Below are positions 41,501 through 52,847 of a DNA stretch of 64,000 bases, one piece after another (position 1 is the stretch's first letter; every line of letters starts with the position of its first letter). The notes below the pieces were generated by a model. That model was not told the DNA's origin. It did not search any database and worked only from the letters and a program-made list of their open reading frames with translations. The position numbers and the translations under genes are program-made. The stretch comes from Balanoglossus misakiensis (taxonomy: Eukaryota; Animalia; Hemichordata), in the NCBI GenBank assembly GCA_040954595.2, contig CM082576.2, positions 17,035,028 through 17,099,027 of the forward strand, in the 5' to 3' direction.

Positions 41501-42790
41501 TTACTGACAGGCTAAGCAGGTGTAGTGCCTGATGCACCTAGCCTCCCTCGGAGTTAGCCCAACACATTGCCCATGGTACCACTCATAGCATTTGTCACAC
41601 TGTATCATAAACTCACCCCGGTAAGGCCCCCTGCATATGCAGTGAAGTGTGGTGGATGCTACAGGTGCATTGGTCCCCTCCAGTTCGTGCAACCTAACAC
41701 TATGTAAAAATCTGCCTATCCAGGGTGGGACATCTTTACTCCTACACAACTTTAGCCTGTCATGATTCACTGTGACGATGGACCGGGGCATCTTAACCTT
41801 GTACAAGTATGGGGTCAGCCTTCTAATCACCCCCGGCCCTTTCCAACGCATGGCTGGCTCAATTTTTGGCTTTTGCCTTTAACTGCTGCTGATTGGAGGA
41901 CATGTATACGACATCCCCTACATCATTGGAGTGCATAATCACTCGCAGATCATAATCCTTCTTCATCCGCAACTGACTGGATTTCAGGTTCGATCGGGCA
42001 ACTTCGTGAGCTTGATGGAATGGCTGACTGCAGATCTGACGAACTGCTCACTACTCTCTGCCTCAGTAGACGGGGTTCTGAAAATCAAGTCAGCTGGCTG
42101 ATTGATTTCACGACCTAACATGAGCATGTTTGGAGTAAATCCCATCTGCCTATTCACGCAAGACCTTATTGCTCCCGCAATCTGGGGTAGATACGCATCC
42201 CAGTCAGTCTGAGACTTACTCACATACATGTAACACCTGATGGCGTCCATGACCACTCGGTTGTATCGTTCCACTTGACCATTAGCGGATGGCTTGTATG
42301 GTGTTGTGCGAGCTTTATGGATGCGTAAAACCTCGCAGATCGCAGCGAACAGTTTGCTCTCAAAATTAGGCCCCTGATCGGTGAATACCTCAAAAGGATA
42401 ACAAAAATGTGAGAAGAATCCGTTGACTGCCGCCTGTGCTGTCACTTCAGCTGTTTAAGACTAGGAGCGGAACGCATTCAACCCACTTGCTAAATTGGTC
42501 AACCATCATGAGGATATACTCATTCCCCCTGCTCGTCCGAGGCAAAGGTCCCAGGAAATCCAGATGTACTCTTTCCATGGGGCACCCCGCATGGTAGCGT
42601 GTCATTTGGTATCTGGCATGACGTGTTGGCTTCTTGCTGCTATTGCACACATTACAAGAATTTATGAAATTGGTGATGTCACTGGTCATGCCATAAAATA
42701 AGTACTTTCCTTGGACAATTGCCATCATCCTAGTAATACCCTGATGTCCCGCAGCTGGGATTTTATGGTTTAATTCCATAACTTCCGTGC
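41501..42790 (-). pseudogene. Gypsy-1 integrase with C-terminal PHD finger (frameshifted)
   Basis: H..GHQG..C..C Zn motif. RVHLDFLGPLP, TDQGPNFES, ANGQVERYNR core. WKGPG (GPY/F-like). CIC..MIQCDKCYEWYHGQCV..CLAC PHD finger. Confidence 0.9.
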
Positions 42791-42806
42791 GCAGCGACAG
42801 TGTTTA

Positions 42807-43460
42807 TGTTAAGGTCGGGGAACATCAGGTAAATTGCCGGGGAACTCAGGTTACATATTGACCCTATACACCGCCCCCCCCCTCCCCCCCCCCCCGCCGG
42901 CTTACGACTGAATGACTATATATCCATTATAACATACATGTGTATTTTCCACATCATAATGCATAACACACGCGAATATTGAAATGACAACCAACATAAC
43001 TACCATGGTCTGGTAGCCATATGTTTTGATTCATGAAAATGGATTAACCCTTTCAAGCCTGGCTTTCTTGGAATGTATCCGAATTTCTCCTATATTGAGA
43101 CATTTGATTACTTTGTGAATGGCGCCCTCTGTGTCAAGAGGTGGGAGGTGGGTAGCCTCGTTTTGGAAAAAAGACGCCATCTTGTTTTGGTGTGATTGTC
43201 GATGTCGAGCATGGTCTGATGTGAATAAAGAGTCCATTGAAATACAGTTGTGTGTCGACGTTTCAATGGTGGCAGCGGTGTAAACAATGGCCAAAAAAGT
43301 AGAATATTTCACCGGGGAGGAGAGAGGAGAACTGGAACCTTGGTTGGATAGATTCGATGCTATCATTGAGGCAGAAGGTAAAGAGAACAAAGCTGCAGCA
43401 ATAATACGCACGTGTTTGAAAGGAGATGCAGCGACCGTAATCCAATTGCTGTCGGTAGAT
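42807..43460 (+). mobile_element. 5' end (LTR, PBS, gag start) of a third Gypsy element in opposite orientation
   Basis: TGTTAAGG…GTTTCA (~42807-43265), PBS-like TGGTGGCAGCGGT (43267), gag-like start MAKKVEYFTGE…WLDRFDAI…LKGDAA (43287). Confidence 0.65.
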
Positions 43461-43856
43461 GGGTGCCGCATCTTCGGTGTTGATGGAGTGTTCCAATGTT
43501 GTGAAACTTCTGAGATCGAATTCCGTCTTGGAGAACACGTCTTCATACCCACACAACAGTTCTTTAAGCCTATGCCTCTCTCCCTCATTTAAATTGACGC
43601 ATGACCTCTCATAAAGATCTTCTAAATGAGAGGGGATCTCCAATTCGTCGTCTGTCTGCTTCTGAACCTCCTCACTCACGTCCTCATTCGGCAAAGATAC
43701 TGCGCTTGCCTCCATGGCTTGGCCAATGGTTTTTCCTTTTCGTAATACCACCGGCTTGTCTGTCGCATTTACCATACATACCTTTGGAGCGCAGCCCCCA
43801 GGGTGCAGGGTTCGCGGGATCATGACGTTCAACTCTCCCACCGGTTCTAATATGAC
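43460..43856 (-). pseudogene. Gypsy-1 pol, protease-to-RT linker
   Basis: IPSHLEDLY…LKELLCGYEDVFSKTEFDL..LEHSINT..AAPI is the usual pre-RT segment. The RT/RNase H itself is missing. Confidence 0.75.
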
Positions 43857-46224
43857 ATGAGTGAGCCGGTGTATCCTGCGGCAGTATTTTCGCGAGCGAA
43901 GCGAGTGAAAATACAGCAGGATACACCGGCTCACGAGTGAAAATAACATCCGTATCCCTCAAAGTGCCGCGAGGGGGCGTGCCGTTCTGTTATTATTGCA
44001 TATGTTCCACAATTTAGCGAAATTCTCGGCCTGGTTAATAGCAGCGGATTAATACTATAGGCAAAACACTTGTGATCCGCCCCAAGTTACTTGGTCACGT
44101 TTCATTGGTTAAAATCCATCAGCGCTATTGATATGCAAATTTATAACAGGGTCACACACTTTCATTTATCGGCGAGTCAAACACAACACGAATACATGTA
44201 AATAAAGTTCGATAAACAATTTAATGCGAAGCTAAACTGAACAATAAATAACAACAAGTAATAAACGAACATTCCAAACTTATCAAATGGGCATTACATC
44301 TCGCCGAAATGAGCGAAACTACAGCTGCGTTCAATCTGAGTCATCGGAGTCAGGGAAAATAATACGTCGACGTTTAGGGATAAGTGACTTGTTGACATTA
44401 AAGCTAAAATTGAAAGTTCCGCCAAAAATCTGAGCATTGGCAAACATACCGTGCACTTGAGGGGTGTTATTTAAAGCACTCACGTTGTTTGTAAGGACGG
44501 AAACATTAGATTGACTCGATACAATATTATTGGTATCGGTTGACGTCTTGTCGGCGATGGTTTTGTCAACATCGGTGGCACTTGAAGACGGTCGCGGATC
44601 GAAACTTTTCTTTGCGCCGCTCAGGATCTCGCTCATCTGTCGCTGTTGGAATTGATTGGCCACTGCGTATCTATTTAGGCTTGATACATTCTTATGACCA
44701 CTCAGTTGTGCTGTTGTATTTGGTGGGACTCCAGCGTCGAGGAGACGTTGAACACAGGCCTTTCTAGCGCTGTGGTTACTTAACTTTCCGGTCAGTCCCG
44801 CTGCTTTCGACATCGTTTTCATCAGGGATCGGAGTTTATTTATGCCCATTCGTTGATTTCTAAACCATATACTGTTGTTAACAGTGCAGGGAACGTACTC
44901 GATTCCAAGATAGAAAGGTGCGGAAGTGGTATTCATTTTCTGGGGTCGTCGCGAAGCAAAGTTCTTGTACACGCTGACAGCACATGTCTAGGAGAGGAAG
45001 GGGTGGCATAGGCTTTCGGAGCGAAACTTCGTGTATTGCCTGGTTCACCTCGCCGGGTTTTTGTGAGTCTTTCATTATACACGATATATTCGCCGTTCTC
45101 ATCTTCCTGCAAAGTCACGTCTCCCCATTCCATTTCATGATGTTCATCGCTGCCGCGAAGACCGAAAAGCTCAGTGTTGTTGAGCCAGATAGTATTCAAC
45201 AACGCGACCGCCGAATGAACACCGAGCTGACCCGCTTTCAGTAGCGCCGTTTCATGTTCCGCGGACACCGGCTCTGCTTTGTTTGGCAAGTTGCCCTTTC
45301 CGGCGTCTTTTAGTTGTTTACGTTTTGCTGCTAAGGCACGACGACTTGATGCGAACTCTTCGTCCCGAATTATGCTCTTGCCGTAGTTGTTATCACGCAG
45401 CCACCTGTCGATTAATTTTTGGTAGCTGGAAATCGAGTCCGGCTCATACTCTTCCCCGTTCTTTTTTCGAACGCCGATAAAAAAACGTGCAAGAAGGGGA
45501 TCGAGGTCAGAAGGCGGTATTTCCATCAAACCCCGACTTTCTGTTGTCATGGTCGCCTTCCATTCTTCAAATACCGCAACTTCTCTTTTCGTTTTCAACA
45601 CGGTGTTTTTGTTTTTGTGGTCTCCGACGAAAGCATTGACGCCCTCCGATGTAAAATCGACGAATCTCGGTCTTGCGCTCGCGCTCGATGTTGTCGGCAG
45701 GGACGACCCTGGGCTAGAAATATTCATATTTTTCTCCACCGTACTTGCCGAGGCTGATAAATCATGGCTCGTTTCACTTGTCTCGTCTGGATAATAGAAT
45801 TCGGTCCCTAAACTTTCAACATATATGCAGTTTGTCCAGTCGTAATACTGTTCATCCATGGAATAGAAAGGTTCGTCACAGCAGCAGACGACAATATTTA
45901 CAAACAAAAAAATAGTTCCGACACAGGTCGTCTTTGTTTTTACTAATTTGCATATCAGCTGTAAAAATACCACATTGTCGCGTGCACAACTAAACAACAA
46001 TAAGCTTTTTGCGATGTAAAATAAAACCTTTTGCAAATTGGAGGTATATAAAAACTACAAATGATTATGAAACACATGGTGATAAACTTTAAGAGATAAG
46101 ATCGATTGTGTAGGAAATTGGGGATCTTATTTTATGTTAGTTGCTCATTTGCATATGAGCTCGCAAAAATACCAGAATTATTATTGCACGGCCCGCTTGG
46201 AATACTGTAGTACATATGCAATAA
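43857..46224 (-). mobile_element. Crypton element 2 (DUF3504 tyrosine recombinase, one frameshift near 44975) inserted in Gypsy-1 pol
   Basis: RKKNGEEYEPDS, FGLRGSDEH (R), NHSARK, SGHKN, LNRY (Y). Terminal hairpin at 43860-43937. Inverted TTATTGCATATG / CATATGCAATAA at ~43993 and ~46213. Confidence 0.88.
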
Positions 46225-46324
46225 CACGTAGTCCTGCATATCTCCGTGTAAATTACATGGTACGCGGACCACAGAATTTGGTGGAATCGTCGTTCGTCTG
46301 CTCACAGACAATCTCGCAATCCGG

Positions 46325-46922
46325 TAGTCTCGGTTACCCGGACTCTCTTACTCTTTCTCTCGTCTCTAGAGGGCGCTGTGCGAGAAAGAGAGTCTGGGAT
46401 CACTGCACGTTAAATTTTCCGCGAACCGGAAGCATCTTTTAGTAATCGAGCGGTGCACCATGGACCCAATAACAAATCGCAGGGAATAGAGGAATGAATC
46501 GTGTTGTTGTTGTTGTTGGTGATAAAAACAGTTTTAAAAAATTAATTTGTCATTTCCTGCTACCGAAATCGTGGAAAACACGGCCTAGGTCGCCCAACGT
46601 CACTCGTGGAAAACATGACCTAGGTCGGCCAACGTCACTACGAGTGACGTTGGGCGACCTAGGCCGTGTTTTCCACGATTTCGGTAGCAGGAAATGACAA
46701 ATTAATTTTTTAAAACTGTTTTTATCACCAACAACAACAACAACACGATTCATTCCTCTATTCCCTGCGATTTGTTATTGGGTCCATGGTGCACCGCTCG
46801 ATTACTAAAAGATGCTTCCGGTTCGCGGAAAATTTAACGTGCAGTGATCCCAGACTCTCTTTCTCGCACAGCGCCCTCTGGAGACGAGAGAAAGAGTAAG
46901 AGAGTCTGGGTAACCGAGACTA
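46325..46922. mobile_element. 598-bp fold-back MITE, AcademH-like (9-bp TSD)
   Basis: TAGTCTCGGTTACCC…GGGTAACCGAGACTA with near-perfect ~280-bp arms. GCAATCCGG is duplicated at 46316-24 and 46923-31. Confidence 0.9.
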
Positions 46923-46944
46923 GCAATCCGGTGGAGGACCGTCT

Positions 46945-47340
46945 TCATCCCCAAAGGTCATCAGCACTTCTTCGTTGTTGACACGGGAGGATATTTTCTA
47001 ACCAGTCTAGATGAACCCCATGCAATTTGAGAAAGTCTACCCCAAGAAGCATCTCGTCCCCAATGGGGGCCACATAGACTTGTTCTCTGAAAACCGTTTT
47101 TCCCAGCTGCACCGCCACTGGTCCCACAATCGTTCCCCTCATCTTCAGGTCTCTGCCCGCCGTTTGCAATGTTACTGTTTTCAGGGCAGAGGGTTTGTCA
47201 TGCAACTGGGAGTAAAGTTTATCAGAGATTATTGTTACCTCAGAAGCAGTGTCAATCACAGCCTGCGTTCTTGTGCCTTGCACCTTTATGGGTACACGGT
47301 ACATTGAACCAGATCGCAACTGACAAATAGTTACCTGCAT
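46945..47340 (-). pseudogene. Gypsy-1 aspartic protease
   Basis: AVIDTASEVTIIS…MLLGVDFL. Confidence 0.88.
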
Positions 47341-47561
47341 GCTCCTCAGGCTAATTGCAATTATCCTCCTGGGTACATAACTCCGCGTCGTCAGCGACTG
47401 GAACCGCCATCTCTTGCAAAATGATTGGTCCCCTGGAGGAACTCAATGATTGCACATTGGTTGGCGCGTTCGTCGGTGACAACCGAGGTAATGTGCCCTT
47501 TGTGGGTTGATTTTCGGTTTTGTGGGTCAACCCTAGGGTGGCGGGGTTGACCCTCTCCCGT

Positions 47562-49271
47562 TTAAAGGACTCTCGGCAATCTGGACGTTTTTCTTGATGG
47601 GTGATCTGTTTTATCGCTTCCGGGACACTCCCGTTTAAAATGCCCTTCCTTACCACATTGGAAACACATGCCTCCAGGGGAGGGCTGGCGTCTTTGGGAA
47701 CGTGACATGGAGCGATCTCTCTCTGACAACATGTCGTCCAGTTTTGATGTGAGTGTGGACAACAATTGCTCTAAACGTGACAGTCGTTTCTCTACTACAT
47801 CTTTGTTGTGGGATGGGGATGTGGTGGTCGCCCGCACTTTCACCTCATATTCAGAGTCTGAATCTGAATCCATATCTGGGCCGACCTGTCTCACTCTCCC
47901 CTTTGGTATGTCCATGGGTAAGCGAGTGAACTTTGACTTTATCCATGGCTTCCTTGGGTGCACTGAGGAGCGCGTACTGACCTGCCTTTCTATCGATATT
48001 ACCCAGACAAAATTGTCGGATCACTTGTTGCTCGATGTACGCCGTCGGTAGGCCCACGTGCGCACGCGCCGCAAGCGTCCTAATTCGATTGGCCCATTTT
48101 TCTATGGGTTTGTCCGGATCTTGGTTTGTCTGGGGGAAACAGAGGCCCGCTGTTTGACGGCGCACATTGAAATGCGCCGGCGCAGTTTGGGGGCGCACCC
48201 TGCTGATTTCGGACTGCTTACATACCTGCTGTTTGTACCAATTCTTGACACCCGAATCTTGCCTCTAATTTCATCAAGAGATCAGTATAGCTGGTTGACA
48301 TATACAGGCGGTGCGGCGTTCATCCGCGGCTGGTGAAAGCTCTCGGGCGTAACCCGCACATCGTCCGTGTATGCCCCCATTGGTGGCAGTTGAAAAAGTG
48401 TGGGACGTGTCGTGCTTGTGGGTATTTGGTATTGGTTTGCTGGTGGGATTTGCTGTTGCTCCACATACACTATTGGTGCCGTCTGTGGTGGTTGGTCTGC
48501 CCATTCGCTTGGGTGGTTAATAGGTAGATCACTTTGTGCGGTGGCCTCTCCAGAAAATACCATAGGTGGTGTTTGCTGGTTCCTCCCAACCATATGCGTT
48601 GTTGGAGGTGCTACGTTCGTCTGTATTACAGGTGGTGGCGTTCCCGCCGGTGGCGCAGCGTTCGCCTGTGCCGTTAATGATGGCAGCACTGGCTGATTAA
48701 CCCGCAGCTCTGCAGTACTCACCTGTGGTGCATTTGGTGGCATTGGGTAAGGGGGCGTCCTGTAGTATGGTGTGTATGGATATCCGGGTTGTCACACTGC
48801 CGGTGCCATCGGTGGCTGATACTGGGGCTGATACGTTGGATAGTAACTGTATGGCCCAGGTGGGTACGTGGGGTAGCCTGCCATTGGGTACATGTAGCCT
48901 GATGGCGCTTGGGGGTAACCAGGTGGCATCGGAAGTGTTGGCGCAGGTGTTGACGGCGGTGCGTGCGGTTGTTGACCAGGATATACCGAATAAGATTGCC
49001 CATATGGCCCGCTTACATTCACAGACTGTGGCACTGGAGGCGTCAGCGATTGTCGGTACCAATAGTTACCAGGTGGCCCTCCACTGGGCATTTGCGAGAC
49101 TGGTCGGGGTGCGCTCGAATGCGTGATGGTCCCTTGCGACACCGTTTGCGTGGCCGTGGATACGATCAACGCTTGTGTTGTAGGCTGTGTTGCGTTCGGG
49201 GCCGTTACTAATTGGCTGATTAACTGCACAGGTGCTGCCGTTGTAGCAGCTTGCGCGTTTGTGACGTCTCC
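47562..49271 (-). pseudogene. Gypsy-1 gag (Pro/Gln-rich region, capsid-like region, CCHC knuckle), frameshifted
   Basis: CFQCGKEGHFKREC; Q..D..IEKWANRIRTLA..QFCLG; long P/Q/Y-rich tract. Confidence 0.8.
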
Positions 49272-50344
49272 AGGTATGTAGGGGTACTTCGAAGTGCATA
49301 CTCCGAGTTCAAAGACCGAGTCGGACTTCAAAGTCCGAGTACTCGGACTTGTACACTCAGAGTAGTGGCTGTACTCGGACTTGTATACACCGAGTTGCAC
49401 TCGGTGCTCGGACTTGCGTACTCCGAGTTACACACTGCCTATGAAAGACAACGGACGGCAAAAATCCTGTTTTCATTACTCAAGAAGTCATTTATTGCTT
49501 ACTACCATGATTGCATACTGTCCATGATGTCTTGTTGCGCCAGTTTTGAATAGGCATGGGCTTTACATCCATAAAAACATTCACAGGGCTAGATCCATGC
49601 AGTCACGGAGTGACCACTCGTTCACACAGTCACTCCCGGGTGTTCACTAAAGCATAGCACGTAACTGCACTCACACAACCGTTTTTCAAAATAAACAAAT
49701 ATTACGTTTATTTAGACATAAAAACGAAGGGCAAGTATACCGATCACGGAACAATGCGGAAGTCAGATTCATCGCGCGATCATCGGATGAGCGCAGTGCC
49801 TCGACCATATTTCAACCGATGACGTCAAAGGTCAGGTCATTCAAAAAATGGCGATTGTCGCATTGTAGTATGCGCGTTTCGTGTTCGTTAGCGTACTTTT
49901 CACTTAGCTACTAAAATTGACAAACCAATGAGCTCCTTATAAAATTCAGTGTAAAATCAGACTTGGATATGATCTAGTAGAAAGGAAAGGTCAGTATTTA
50001 AACGGAAATTACGCGTAGTGTGCATTTTGTACAGTATAGTACAGCATGTCAAGTTTGAAGTTATCATCTTGAAATAAAGTTGAATGTTGCGATACTTTCA
50101 AAACCCCTCGATCGATTTGACTGGAAGCTCAGTATAAAGTATTCCCACTTTTTATCGCAATATTGAATATTATTTGTGCTTTTAAAGGCTGGCTTTTATG
50201 CAACTGTAACTCGGAGTACGCAAGTCCGAGCACCGAGTGCAACTCGGTGTATACAAGTCCCAGTACAGCCACAGGGAACTCAGGCTCATAGTTGTGGTCA
50301 AATGAATAATATTATTATTATGAATAAAAAATGGAACAAATATT

Positions 50345-52847
50345 TATATATAATCTCCCAGTATTTCGAACGAGTATTACGTCAGCGAGGGACGAGTGAC
50401 TCCTCCATAGCGGCCGTATCAATCCGAGCCGATAGGCGAGGAGGGATACAGCTATGGAGGAGTCACGAGTCCCTCGCTGACGTAATACGAGTGAGAAATA
50501 CTGGGAGATTATGTATTTATTACATTCATAGACCCGGGACAGTCTTAATATTTTGCAATAAAATTTATTTTAATGGTTTCGGAAGGGTTTTAATTATTTC
50601 AAGCTGCGCATGGATATAGAGAAAAAATAGTGAAGAGGCTCAGCTCAGCTGATTCAGCTCATTCATAAATTTTGTGTGAGACAACGGAACATTCATGCAA
50701 GTCGAACAGAACAGAACAGAACACTATTAAATTGTCAACTAGTTTTGAAATGCAATGTTTCACAACAAATACAACAGTCACGAAATCAAACAGTCATCTC
50801 AATCCTGTGAACTATCGCTGGTATCGTAGCTTACGGCTCGACGTTTACACGGTCGCGGCGCTGGCTGACTCGCGGTCCCAGCAACATTGATGGCTACGTT
50901 GATCGTACACCCGGTCATGGTGGCCCCAGAAAACATTCCCGCAGCTGCAGCCGCTACGATACCTCCGTCCGATGATGTAGACTGGAAGGGAGACGCTGCG
51001 ACAGACGTGAGTTGGTGGGGATGGCTGTTTACAGAGCTTGGTAGGGCAAAAGAGCGTGAGGTGTGAGTGACATCTTCAGTTGGAAGGGCGGGCCGTGTGA
51101 CAGGTACCAGCTCGGTTTGCGGTTTGTCCTTGACGAGGATGTCTGACATTCGCTCTTGTTGGGAGAGTGAGTTTACAGCATACGAGTTGATCGACTGGAC
51201 ATTTCTGTGCCCTGAAAGCTGCATTATTTGTGTGGGGGCAACACCACTATCGTGCAACTTTTGGATGGCTTTTTTCCTGGCGCTGTGGTTTGTTTTACGG
51301 CCTGGAATGCCTGCTTTTGTCGCCATGGTCTGCACTATGCTTTCCAGTTTATTCTTTCCCATGGGTTGTCGCTTGTACCACATGTTGGTTATCGGGTTGT
51401 AATTAATGGCAAGGTAAAAACGGGATTCGGGCATACATAGCTCTGGTGGTCGATGAGAGCGGTATGCCTTGTATGACTCGATCGGACAGATAGCTTTATC
51501 GGTTACGGCAAACATCTTTGGACAATATGGGCGAACGAAACTTGCGTGTTGACCGGAGCGTGTTTTGTTGTCGCGCTCGTTAAATTCAAGATATTCCCGA
51601 CCCGCTGCCGTTTCTTTTAGCTGGATGTCTCCCCAGAGCAGTTTCTTGTTCTCATCGGAGGCCCGGAATCCTAACAATTTTGTGTTGTTCCACCAAACCG
51701 TATACAGAAGTGACTCGGGACTATGATTTCCAAGGACACCCTTCTCACCCATGATGTTGATTTCATCGTCGGTCAGGTTCCGCCGCACGGGATTTATTTC
51801 CTTTCCCCTTGCCCTTTAATTCGCATCTTTTGGCTCGCAGGGCTTCTTGCGATTTAGAGAATTTTTTATCCCTGCAAATGGAATATCTATATCCATTCTC
51901 CGCTAAATACCTGTCGATCCCACGCTGGTATGTTGTGAGAGTGTCCGGCTCGTAGTCAGACCCGTCGCTCTGCCTCGACCCGACGAAAAATTTCGACAGG
52001 CAGACGTCCAGAATTTCAGGCGGAATTTCATGTATATCTGTCGCTAAACCATCTTCTGTCTCCTCTATAAATTTCCTAATTTGTTTCACTGCGTTTGTGG
52101 TCGATTTTACAGTGTTCTGCTTTCTTTGGCTCGTTATAAAATCGTCAATGTCGTTCGACGACATAGCTATGTACCGCTCTGTCGCTGACATCTTCGATCG
52201 AACAAAATTTTTGAAGCGCAGACGACAGTCGCCAAAAATTTCCCGCCACAGTTTCAATACATCGAGCAAACTAATAAAACATCATTAAACGATATTTCAC
52301 ATGTGCTTTATTATTTGTAACCCCATATTTCCCAAACTTCAAAGCCCATCCACTATAGTATTTAAGCAATAAAACACTCCCAGCCATGGTATACCACGAG
52401 ATTTTGACCAGTTCACGACATATACGCACGAGCGATAGCGAGTGCGTATATGGAGTTGAACTGGTCAAAACCGAGTGGTATACCATGGCTGGGGGTGTTT
52501 TATTGCTATTATATTATGCCAGTATATTGAAACTTTGCATAAAACATTTTAAAAAGGCATTTTCTTTGACTATGATATATGACTGTGGTATATGGCTAAT
52601 ATATCACGGTCACGTGTCGTGTCTCGACCAATCAAATAGCGTGATTTACACCATCAATATACTGGTATAATATAATACGCAATATAACATCGTAGGATAG
52701 TTTTTTTATTTGTTTACAAACTGAAAGTAGTTCCGGCAGAATTATTGGCAGTGACATCATACTACGGTAATATGCAATCTGTTGATTTCTTATTACTTTA
52801 GTATGACGTCACATTCTGGTAATAACCGGGTCTATGAATGTAATAAT
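50345..52847 (-). mobile_element. Crypton element 3 (tyrosine recombinase, one frameshift near 51775)
   Basis: RQSDGSDYEPDTL, GFRASDE, NHSARK, SGHRN, INSY. Hairpin at 50349-50514. Inverted repeat ATTACATTCATAGACCCGG (~50520) / CCGGGTCTATGAATGTAAT (52826). Confidence 0.88.
52360..52676. mobile_element. Non-autonomous Crypton-type hairpin element nested in Crypton 3
   Basis: Hairpin AGCAATAAAACACTCCCAGCCATGGTATACCAC…GTGGTATACCATGGCTGGGGGTGTTTTATTGCT plus a short inverted repeat TATTATGCCAGTAT / ATACTGGTATAATA. Confidence 0.7.

Noticed and set aside
44331-46036. Host ZMYM/KCTD1/QRICH1 gene or phage integrase
   Set aside because: Intronless, frameshifted, bounded by Crypton-type hairpins, inserted inside a Gypsy pol, and present as three diverged copies.
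46494-46753. Mirror-image 67-aa ORFs on both strands
   Set aside because: By-product of the palindromic MITE.
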